A DNA stretch of 63,627 nt, filler included, from Sphacelaria rigidula (taxonomy: Eukaryota): assembly GCA_964200075.2 (NCBI GenBank). It is 11 parts of 11 records of this genome, joined end to end, with 100 filler letters (N's around TTAATTAATTAA, not from the genome) between each part and the next. Parts side by side here need not be neighbours in the genome. Positions count along the whole stretch, not along the records: positions 23,177 to 28,869 come from CAXNAA020025199.1; positions 28,970 to 34,662 come from CAXNAA020025200.1; positions 34,763 to 40,455 come from CAXNAA020025201.1; 8 more parts are not named here. One strand, given 5' to 3'. A program made the position numbers and the translations under genes. The notes under the pieces are model-generated. The model made no database searches. It worked only from the letters and a program-made list of their open reading frames with translations, and was not told where the DNA came from. This document shows, piece after piece, positions 24,261-35,684 of the stretch. Numbering within the stretch: position 1 is the first letter of the stretch; every line of letters starts with the position of its first letter.

Positions 24261-27200
24261 TATTTGGAAGTTTCCCGCGGAAAATTATGAGCCGTGCGCG
24301 AGGCCCGAGAGGCGCGTGAGGACCATTCTGATCAATCACGGTCGTCAAAATGAGCATTTTTGTTCCGTTAGGGTAAGACTCTGTAAGACTATTAGCTGTC
24401 GAGAAAGAAATCTCATTTTTATAAATGACTATCCAACCATAGATAACATTTGCTGAAAGTGTGTGTTTGTTGCTTCCGTGATAGAGTTCACTGTGCCGTT
24501 GTTGTTCAGTTTTGCCCTAGCTGCGTCGTCTTAGCTGCATACCAGCACCTGACATAGAGCTAACAGCGCAATACGCGAGGCCCCAACACGAGTATCCAGT
24601 GCACATCGCGGTTGACGCCCACATTGATGGAGATGCGACCGTTATTGCGGATCAGTTATTGAAGGTTTGCGCACACTTCCGACACCATCTTCGAGAGTTG
24701 GCCCAACAGCTGTCTGGGCGAGGCGGCGAATACACAATGGGTCAACCCCGGGGCTGGACGCTAGTGTGAAGGGTGACGCGCTCACAGAGGCGGCCGCGGC
24801 TCATGTTGATCTGTGCTGGGAGGCGTGGTGGCTAAGTAGGGTTCGACGTTTGCAAAGGAATACCGCAATCAGGTGAGGGCAAGCCTCTGGTGTATCTGTG
24901 CATGATGAGGCAGTGTGTCACCTACTCTGCTCGGCGAGGTGTCGTCGCCATCGGACTAACTCACGCTTAGAGGATAGGTCCGTTTTGGCACATGGTGCAG
25001 TAAGTAATATGTAGCACTCTACCGTTGCGTGACGGTGGTCTCATTGAGAGGTACCGCACTTGCTTTACACAAGGAGACGCTATCGCATCAAACCGGCCCG
25101 TGTTCGGCAAATACTCACTCTCTGGGATTACATCAATATACATGAAATATACTGTACGGGAGTACAGTAGGGTTCATTTTTTTCTCGTACTGTACTGTCT
25201 GTAAATATACTAAACAACAGTACAGGGGCCGTCACCGCTTGAAGCCTGGAACGTATCGTAGAGAGGTGTGCCATGCGCTCATTTCACAGGTACTCGCGAG
25301 TGTGCGACGTGCGACGCCGACGACCTGCTGCTTTAAAAAAATGCACGCAACACACTACATACACGTGCGCCTACAGTCACGCTCTAGTTACCGGCAGCTA
25401 TCGATGCTTCGGTTTTCATGTATGTGATGACACTACAGACTGCACAGGCACCTTCGGAAAGGTAGATACTATAATAGTACCCGGTATACACCGGTATTGC
25501 GCTAATTCGACACCTACCGTACCCGCTCAATCAAGTATTTTCCAAACTCATAATTGCGATACCTACGATACCACGAGATTTCGAGATTTCAATACCTACC
25601 GTACCCGTTCAATCGGATATTTTCAAAACTCATACCTACGATACCCACGCAAACCACGGTATGGGACACCCCGAGAAATACCGGGGATATATCCGGTAAA
25701 TACCGGACGCGATGCGATCCCCCGGGTGCAGCAGCTGGTCCCAACTTACGCAAAGGCTAGAAGTTGTCAGAGCAGGTACGTCTTGTTTTCACAAGTAGTA
25801 TATACCCCATTTCCCCCTGATTTTCGTGTTCGGATCAATTCGATGAACTTATTTTCATGTGGACTGATGTTCTGGGTAAATGGATACGTATACATATTTT
25901 TTCACCGTTACGGTGCTGTACATTGTTTCATAATTCATGAAGATGAACATCATACACGATAATATTCCACGTGCAAACAAGCAGAGAGAAAAACGAGAAG
26001 GAGGACAAGTAACAAAAAAACGTGAGGGGTCGCAGGAGGCATTCAAACCAGGTAAAAAGGTACCAAAATACCAAATAAATAACCTTGCATATATAAACAT
26101 ATATAAACATATATATATATATATATATATATACCGTTATTACTGCGCCATTGCCGGGTGCTCTACATGAAAAAACACAATCACATGGAGAGGCAAACTC
26201 TGCACTCACGTGCTTCTGTACCTCCCCTTTCGTACAACTGCAACACCTTAGTGCCACAAATTGCAGCGCTACCCCCTCGGAATGAAAACCTGACTATTGA
26301 AATTCAAATTTGCCCTTACTACTGCTCTATTCTCAGAGTGCTCTCGTCCCTGCACCCACGTCAACAACTACGAAAATCGCCACACGGTACTCATGATCGA
26401 TCCATGGATTGAGTGTCTCACCCTGTCAGCTGATTGCAACATTTCAGCTGAGGATCATGATGGGGTTCTGTGTGCTTTGAGGTCTGCAGGTTAGCGTTGT
26501 GCGTTGTGTGCGTGTGGAGGTGGGGCTGCCAACCTTGGGCACATCAATAATTTGATTGACGAACTTGCACAGGGATCTCAAACGCTTTTCCGCACTGCCG
26601 GATGGCAGTTTTGAAATCGGTATAGAGGGTAAGGCAGGTACCCCGTACCGGTATTTCGGACATCTCATAACCTACCGATACCGACCCAATCGGGTATTTT
26701 CAAGTGTCATACCTACGATACCCACGATACCACGGTATTTCAAGAAACCAGCACCTACCGTACCTGTTCCTTTCGTACCTGCTCCTTTCGCGGTCAGTAA
26801 ACACCGCTAAGCGAACGGCGTTCACCTTTTCTGTTGCCACGGAATAGGCGTTCGTCTCAACTGGGGAACGACCCTCATGTATGAAGAGGTACAGATGGGC
26901 CAATCAGGTTTGGTCCAGCGATTCCTGCCCGCCGCGGTTGGCGCCGAAGGCGCAAAGGCGGGTGGTGTCTACCAGCAGTAAAACATCATGTTTCGACGTC
27001 AACACCCTCTCATGGATGACATATCTTCGTGTATGTTTTTGTCGCTCGAAAAAGTGTGGCGGAAAAAAAAATGTCATCGCATATGTCCACCGCGTTCTGC
27101 TCCTAGTTGGCATCAACGATTGTTTCATCATTTCGGCGTGCATTCGCACATAATTTTTATATGGGAAATGTACGGTGAAAAAGGAATATTCCGATTTGAT

Positions 27201-27689
27201 AAGCCGTGATTTCTCCTATTTTGTATTAAATTATTGTTTGCGCACATTTGTCCGATCCCTGGAACCCGTGGTCACATATGTAGGCTCGTCCTTCCACTAC
27301 CGTTCCTGCTATTCAGCTGTCGTGGCTTATTTTGAAGCTGGTTCAAATGACGACCTATTTCATCGGAGTTTCTGTTTTCCACTGCACGTTTCGATCGAAA
27401 TATGATATGCTAAGACACGGCCTTAGTGGCGAGCGGAGAAGAAGTGAAAAACAGTAAAGCCAACCTTTTTCTAACAAAAATGCGGGGGAAAGGCACGAAG
27501 AGGTGCTGGACCCCTAGCTTATAGACTACCACGCCACATACCATCCGTCCACATGATCATGCAAACTAGTGCACACCACTCATCGTTGGCTACGGTCGCA
27601 ACCCTGCAGCATTGAGCAGGAGTTGAGCACAGGGATGGATACACTGCAGCAGTTGCGTATGCTGTGTGTGCATTTTGTCGGCGAGAACT

Positions 27690-28860
27690 TGCACACGTCG
27701 GGCGAGTCATTACTCGTCGAAGCGAGTGCACTCGTTAATGTTTCTTGAAAACACCACGAATATGGCTCGTGTGCTCGGGCTATCTATTTGCCTTCACCAA
27801 GACCGACGACTCGTGTACTGGAGTCATGATTTTTTCCACCACGAACAATTACTCGAGTGCTAGATCTATGAATTTTCTCCGCCACGAGCAATGACTCGAG
27901 CGCTCGCCCTACTATTCTTTTCCACTGCGGGCAATGACTCGAGTACTCGCCCTATTAATTTTTGCCACTACGAGCAATGACTCGAGTATTCGCCCTATAT
28001 TTTTTCACACGCCGGACGAGCACGAATATGACTAGTGGCACTCACACTCGTTGGGCTGCTCGTTGGGGGTAAATATTGATAGGGTGAGTACTCGAGTCAT
28101 CGCTAGCTGTGAAAAAAAAAAATCGGCGGGCACTCAACCCATTGTTTATGATGAATGACTTGAGTGGAGTAGCCAGCAATCCGACGAGCAAATAATTGTA
28201 ATGAGCCCTTCCACGATCTTGAACCTAGAATCTTCGAGTTAATATGCATGTCTGCACATGTGCAAGCGTCAAGCTCCAAAGTTAGTTTCAAGTTTATCCA
28301 AGCACCCCCACACACATACTGATCAGAATTTTACCAAAGCAGCGGAGAGTATCTCTCGAGTAGTACATTTACATCTTTTTATGGCGAGCACTCGAGTCAT
28401 TGCTCGCTGTAAAAAAATAATGACTAGAGTCCACAAGTGATTGCTCGTTCTTAAAAAAAATGACTCGAGCACGCGAGTCATTGCTCGTTGTGAAAAAACT
28501 GAATGACTCGAGCACACGAGTTGTTGCTTGTTGTAAAAAGAAACGATGACTCGGGCACACGAGTCATGCTCGTTGTGTTAAAAAAAAACGTCCACGAGTG
28601 CAGTCGTTTCGACGACTAATGACTAGTCCGACGTGTGATGTTTTTTCACCACGAGCAATGATTCGCGTACCCGCCCTGTTCATGTATTCCCACAACGACC
28701 AATGACTCGAGTACTCGCCCTCTTCATTTTTTTTCACCACGAGCAATGATTCTAGTATTCACCCTAATATTTTTTCTCACCACGAGCAGCCCAACGAGTA
28801 CAAGCCACGATTCATTCTCGTGTTCGTCCGACGTGTGAAAACTTGGCTATCTTCTTTCAT
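27690..28860. repeat. Array of ~43-bp ACGAGCAATGACTCGAG units in alternating orientation blocks
   Basis: Units are forward at ~27760-28020, inverted at ~28090-28570 (CTCGAGTCATTGCTCGT) and forward again at ~28650-28800. They are diverged, with no unique spacers. Confidence 0.8.
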
Positions 28861-29249
28861 CGTGGGGACNNNNNNNNNNNNNNNNNNNNNNNNNNNNNNN
28901 NNNNNNNNNNNNNTTAATTAATTAANNNNNNNNNNNNNNNNNNNNNNNNNNNNNNNNNNNNNNNNNNNNCAGGCCCCATGACTGCAGATTAATTAACCTT
29001 GCTGACTTAGGTAGGTCCCGCATTCATCCGAAGGTGGGAAACGTATACCAGCGCTCACGTCGAACTTGTCGCACATGGCGTGCATGTACAAGCCATTCAA
29101 GCCTTGAGTCACGAAGAAGGGTTGACTGCGTGAATTACATCACGCCTTGAGTCATGAAGAAGGGTTGACTGCATGCATTACAACTGATGTACGAACCGTA
29201 TGATTTATTCATTGAGATGATGACTTTAAGTCGACTCACGAGTTGATTT

Positions 29250-30760
29250 GTCCTAACCGTGAAAGTCTTCGTGAAAACCCGAACGGTATATACAGCGGAT
29301 AATGGCGATTATTGGTGTGGACATTTCCAGGAGCACGGGAAAACGATCTATACCTCCACTTTTGCCACATTCGTCATCTGTCTCAAGATATAGCGCACGC
29401 AAGGTTCTAAACTAAAATCAATATATTTCGAGAAGAGGCACTTACTGCACTAAAATCTGGATATTGCGTCTCAGTTATTGAGAAATTTGCTTTGAAATTT
29501 CGTGTGGAGAAACGGTAGTACATAACGAAGCAAAAAATCACCGTCTTTCCTCTTTAATTTTTCATTATTTTTGTTTTTTACGGGAGTTTCAAGGAAAAGT
29601 AGACAATGCTCTCGAGCCTCATCTCAGTTTTTCAGCTGAATTATAAGAACTGAGATTTGAAACCCATCATGGAGAATCGCAAAGGCGTGCCGAAGACAAA
29701 AAATTGGCCCTTCATTTATTTATTTTTTGCAGAGGTACGGGTCTTCTCGTGAAAATATGATTTTTACTATAGTAAAGCGTCCTAAGCAAGTAAAAATATA
29801 TATATATATATATATATATATGCAGATCAACCTCCCCCACTTTTTGGGTTGGTTGTGGCCTAGCGAGGTCCCACACAAAGATTCGAAACACAAGTACCAA
29901 ACCTGGGCCAGTGAATGGTCTGGAAACTTATTGTGAATCTCGCCCGGCCCGGTTTCTAAATCGCTCCGTCTCACCTCAATTTTGCGAGTTGGACTTTGAA
30001 ATTTGGTGCGGAGGAAGAATAGGGCATGTTAAAACGCTGTCCACCGGGACGAGCAGTTTTTTTTCGTGAGTCAACGGTATTTTCCTGATATCTAGATACT
30101 GATTTTATTGCCATCAACTCACTAAAAACAAATCTGCCCGTCCGGATCGACACCTTTTAGGAAGCCCTGTCCTTCCTTCCTCTCTGTACCAGATTTCAAA
30201 AGTCTAAATCGCAAAATGGAGGTGAGACGGAGTCTGCAAACCACAAACTCGCGTATTGGCCGGCCCAACCGGTAAATAAAAATGGGCATGTTGAGTTTTT
30301 CATGCGTGTAGAAAGTTCTAGTGTAGTAAGGACCAGCTTTTCACGAGATCCTGAACTCACGAAAAAAAAATGAAGGCCCCCTTTTGTTTGCAGTGCGTGT
30401 GCCCTTGCGATCTTCTATACTTAATTCGGTTCACAATCCTACAGAATGAGCTGAGAAAGTGAGCTAAAGGCCGAAAATAATCCCCATTCTTCACGAAAAC
30501 GCCCTCAACTCACGACATACATAAATATCCCAAGGGTACTGAAGTTCTTGTTTTCATTTTGCCCTTCGATATTCAATTTCAAAGCGCAGCTCTCACGACA
30601 GAGGCGGAATCCAGATTTGGTGCATTCAGTGTTGCTACCCGTAACGAATCGAGTTTAGCATGGCACCTCATGTGTACCGTTATCTCTAGATAAATGACGA
30701 ATTAGGTGAAAATGAGGGTATCGGATGTTCCCCCGTGCTCCAGGAAGTGTCCATAAAAAA
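29250..30760. mobile_element. ~1.5-kb degenerate foldback DNA element (same family as 19400-20650)
   Basis: Left arm (AAATCTGGATATTGCGTCTC...GCTTTGAAATTT; CTCCGTCTCACCTCAATTTTGCGAG..GACTTTGAAATTTGGT) is mirrored by the right arm (ACCAGATTTCAAAAGTCTAAATCGCAAAATGGAGGTGAGACGGAG; AATTTCAAAGC...AATCCAGATTT). Centre ~30100. Confidence 0.7.
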
Positions 30761-31138
30761 AGCATCTGTTGTACATATCGCTCAGTGCTTCATACAGACT
30801 TTAGTATGGACCCTATCTTCGTCTGGTATAAGGATTACACGACATTGTTGTTACTCAACGAGAAAAAATCGCCCGGACTTTTGAGCAGGTGGGCATCTTT
30901 CCTCTCAACAGATGATTGATAACATATGCACCTTCCCTTTCAATGGACGATTAATAAGATATGCGGATCACGGTCCAAGTCGTCTTGGTCGATGAGATAT
31001 GGCTGTGAGAGCTCAAATCCGATTTTAGGTTGACCCAACTCGTAACGTACCCGTGCCAAGAATTCTCAACACCATGATGCGCGTCAAGAAAAAACGGGTG
31101 AAAACCAGGGCCCACTGAGAATCGCTTGTAGCACTCAC

Positions 31139-34100
31139 CCCGCCCATGTTGAGGAAGTTCTCGTTGAGAACTCGTTCGATCCCCATCTTCATGGTCGTGG
31201 TCGAGGACGGACAACTCCCACATGCGCCCTGTAGTGCCAACTTCACCTGAAGAGGGCGTGCAGCACGCGTAGGCAAGCAAAGCTATCATAAAGTATCTCG
31301 AACTCTTCGAGCAATGGCTGATTATTTTAACCTCCTCCATAATTGCATACGCCGTTGCCCCTCAACATTTCTTTCACTCATGAAGCGCATAAATCAACAT
31401 CCTTGAGTTAATGTACGAGCTCAAAGAACTGGGGCAGGGCGAAGGACCTGGTCAAGTCTGGAAGCAAGACTCACCACTCGGGTCTCGATGTCAACCCCCA
31501 TTACCCTCACGTTTCCGCCGTCGGCCACCAGATAGGGACGAACCTCGTCAAGCACCTAAGAGCACACGAATGTCGATTGTTCGGGTTCATGGTTTGTTAG
31601 ACGCTCGACATGGGAAGACACTGGACATAAACACATGAGACGATTCTTGGAAGCTATCACGCATAAAATACAGACTAATTTAATTTCACAACCGATAGAT
31701 TGGCTTGCCAACGGTTTTCTAGGTGCATAATTTAGCAGAAGACAATGGAACGTTTCGGGGAAATGCATGGATTTTTGCCATAGCGTAAGAAATTGCTAGG
31801 TTAATAAGACAAACTTCAGTAAAAACAAGACCGTAAAACGTTTCGGGGAAACGCATGGAGTTTTGTCATAGCGTAAGAAATTGCTAGGTTAACAAAACGA
31901 AACTTCAGTAAACCTCCCGCAACAAGTTGTCAACCTCACTCGGATTGACGTGGCTTTCTTCTCTGTATTGATCGGTTTGAACCAACGGCATTTTCCCATC
32001 TGCGATCAAGCCGTATCTCCGCCACCTGAGCAGACCTGTACAGACACGTACTGTGTGGACATGCACAGCACATAGTCACTGCGCATTCAACTCTGCAACG
32101 CAGAAGGTTACAGACCCAACAACTACACTGGGAGTTCGATGGTATGTCACCTAGTAGCCCGAGCCCATGTTTCGTAGCCTATACGATGATGGTGTCGTGA
32201 GTCTCTTCATGTCTACATTTGTTCTGCTACAGACCGTACACGACTAGCACAGCTTGCCTTGCGAGATTATGCCCATCTCTCCGCTGCTGCTACAAAATTA
32301 AGAAACATCTCAGACAAGGTTTTCTACATCAGCATTCGACGGCATGGGCTACAAATGAAACGACGAGTAATTCATGTGTTACGAAAACGCCCCTGCTCGG
32401 TGGTACAACCATTCCTCGCATGTGCGCAATATTGCAAGGGTCGAACGAAAAGAGTCGGACGAATGAATGATTTGTCTGGAGATTACTCGATGTTAGTATA
32501 ATTGATTTGTCCCGTACGAATCAATCCTCAGGCTTTTCTTCAGCGTTGCAACCCACGTACGCGCAGCCCAGGCACGTGGAATGGCGCGAACATTGTGGGG
32601 AGACCTTTTTGACACGCGGTCAACTTTTTTCTCTCTTTCGAGCAATCAGGCCTGAAAAATCGTGGATTTGGTGATTCGAACCGGCGATGATTCGTCCGAA
32701 CCGTACAAGATTGTCGTGGCCTCGGCAGACTGGAGGAGGATTCAACATTTGAGAACGCCGCCCGTCCCCAGTGCGTACTGACCGCACATCAAGGGCACTC
32801 CCTAGTATCTTAGAGCTTACCGCGCGCAAACTCCCAAATATGTGGGCCACGCCAGCAGCATGTAAGCCAATACCGCAGGTATCTTGGTTCACAAGACGTG
32901 GAAGAAGTCTCTCTGCTCGTGGGTTCTATATTGCCAACGTTATGTCGCCTCTACTCGCGTTGCAGCAAGAAGTAAACTGCTCACGTTGGCAAAATAGGAC
33001 TTCTAACTTTTGTTTGTCAGCGTAAGCCGAAAGAAGCCCTTGAGTTATCAAAAGGGGGACTGACAAAAGAAACGGCCAGCGTAACAGCCCGTTGTTGTTT
33101 TTTTCGCGGGCTTACACCGGTAAAAGTTACGTTGACGAAAAAAAAAAACGCGTTTCCAGAACTCTCTACTGTATCTGACTGACGTGCATACCTTGTCAAC
33201 GTTTTCCAACGTAAATTCCAAGTCATTGCACTCCGAGGAAGATGGAACTGGTGGAGGAACCGGCTCGGATCCAGGCGCAGCCATCCCGTCAGGTCCGACG
33301 CCCGGAACAGGCACACCGTTCGAGTCGAAGGGACTGTCATTGAGAAATCAGAATCCACAAAACATGAAGGGCGCTTCTATCAGCACGCGTTGCGATACGG
33401 GGAAAAAACACGCTGTCAGCACGTGCAGCGACAGGGCAACGGTAGTGCGTCATTCCTTACACAAGATATCCACTTCTGCTGCTTCGGTTACGTGAGGTCC
33501 AATTTGCCATGGCGGGGCAACACTCCTCATTTCCTCTGGAAATTTCAAGTTCGTCAGTCCACATTATTGCGGTACGAGTATAGCCTGAAGAATAAAATGC
33601 ACCTTATTATAGTAGCGCTCGGCGCCTCCACGTTCGCGATGGCTGGATCCTCCGTTAGTTTAGTTTGGCCGTCGATCACGCCGCTCCAGTCGTCGCCCTC
33701 CACCGCCGACTCTAGACGCCTTCGGCGCTCGATTTCTTCAGAGCTCAACTGCATGCAGAAACACCAACGCATACGCCAGTTCGATCGGTTGCTGGTTGCA
33801 TCAAGGTCCATCGCTGCACAACAGTAAACTCGTTTCATACATGCGACAATTCATGTGAACACGCGATGAACACCGTGACATGTTCAACACTCCTTCCGCA
33901 TTGTTAATTCACATCGACCAATCGACCACACTACAGCATTTCGAGGCGTGAACGCGTGCAACAATGAACAAGGCATCCTTTGACCATACCCACAATTAGC
34001 TTTAGGGGCCCCGCCACCTCTTTCGTTCGACTACCGATGCAAGTCTATACACTCGCCGCGGAAATCTAGAGGTTGCCACTTGCCTGCTCTGTTTCGTCGA

Positions 34101-34182
34101 TGAGGTCTGGGTCGGCAATCGCTTTGCGCATTTTGAGTTTCATCTCCTCGTAGGACTCCCTCTGTGCCGGAGACATTGAATC
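31139..34182 (-). CDS. NFU: NifU-like (Nfu) Fe-S cluster carrier protein, partial (5 internal exons)
   Basis: Exons 34084-34182 ([35 protein letters not shown] donor), 33603-33748, 33192-33333 (...[10 protein letters not shown]), 31475-31555 ([27 protein letters not shown]) and 31139-31246 ([31 protein letters not shown]...). All phases are compatible. Carries the NifU C-terminal domain signature RPYL-x-DGG...GACGSCPSS. Confidence 0.92.
31749..31912. repeat. Intronic tandem duplication (~88-bp period, 2 copies)
   Basis: AACGTTTCGGGGAAA.GCATGGA.TTTTG.CATAGCGTAAGAAATTGCTAGGTTAA...AAACTTCAGTAAA occurs twice. Confidence 0.85.
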
Positions 34183-34519
34183 CTGAGGCAGAAAAGAAAT
34201 GTAAAGTTTGGATACAGCGTTTGAGAAGGCGCGGCAACTATTGCTCCACTTACCAACAATTTTCCTGTGGCGCCCACACTATACATGAGAGGCCATAACA
34301 GAGGTGACCTTCCGCAGACAACATCCATGCCAGAGCTCGTTGCCTCTCGTGCACATCCTGGACAACGGACACAATAATAGTTCATTGCTTCAGCAATAGA
34401 CACGGGGAAAAGTCTATAGATATATATTATCGAACACGATAGATGGTGAAATACATATATTGATATGCATTGCAAAGAACAATAGATGAAGATCACTCGT
34501 CATCGATGGAAATGGTGTA

Positions 34520-34662
34520 CCGCAATAGATTCTGGGTTATATGGATCGATAGCCATTGCCGTAATCAATAGGTTTGGTGAGCCATCCATCGATAGTCATC
34601 GCCGTTATCAATAGGTTTGGTGAGCCATCCATCGATAGCCATTGCCGCCATCAATAGATGAA
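34520..34662. repeat. ~43-bp minisatellite running to the contig end
   Basis: ATCGATAGCCATTGCCG..ATCAATAGGTTTGGTGAGCCATCC, about 3 copies. Confidence 0.8.
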
Positions 34663-35684
34663 NNNNNNNNNNNNNNNNNNNNNNNNNNNNNNNNNNNNNN
34701 NNNNNNTTAATTAATTAANNNNNNNNNNNNNNNNNNNNNNNNNNNNNNNNNNNNNNNNNNNNGCAGGGGTACGTGGGATGAGAAGTAACCCAGCTACCGC
34801 ACGGGCGTGGTACGAAGTAGATTGATAGTAGATATCACAGATACTCCGTACTAGCCAAGTTGCTGCCTCTTTTCTTGGGCCGCTGCCGTCAGCCAGCCCG
34901 AACTGGCCTCAGCGCTCGGGCCGAGGCCGGAGGAGGAAAAGGGTTATCGTACCGTGGTATATTTCTGGAGGTGCGACGCCTTGATGTGCTGTCGGGGCTA
35001 CATCTATCGGTTACAGGTCCGCACACAGACAGATGGGACTATGTACTATCCTCTACTGTACCGTGCCCCAGCGTGCTTACTGTATTGTACGGAATGTACC
35101 GGATTTGAGCCGTGCTGACTGCAACCTTTTGTTGGAGTGCTTGATGTTTTTGATACGCACCATTTTCTAGTAACCAACTAGAAGATCCCATTTTGTCGTT
35201 CTCCAGGCTTGAGAGAGTTGAATAGTCGTGTGTGCACCCCGGAATGCACCTCTGAACAAAGATGAAACTTGAGCATGAGTTGAAGTAGAATAGGTGAACT
35301 AAGCCTTTTACCCTCGACGCTCCCCACAAGCAAGCCGCGATTTTGTGTCGGAAGGCGAATGAATAATCGTAGCATGAATACCTGAAAATACGGAACATGA
35401 AATAAATTAGTAACACATACAAAAATGTGCAGTGCGCCACATATGCAGGTACGCATGTAGTGTGTGTAGGCCACCGGCTGGATATTGACGGGAGAATTAT
35501 TTATGCGTTCAAACATTGTCCTCTCCTTCTCTGGGAACGCTGCCCGTTAACGACGCGTGTCCAGGTGGCTCGTGGTACGGCAAGACTCAGTTGCCCCTCG
35601 TGGTTGGCTGGTTGGAAGCGGGCATCATATCAGTCGCCGGATTGGTCTACGCTAGATTTTTGTTGCTGAGCAATTTTGTAGAGG

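Noticed and set aside
27690..28860. CRISPR-like array
   Set aside because: Units are diverged and adjacent with no unique equal-length spacers, orientation flips, there are no cas genes, and the context is eukaryotic.
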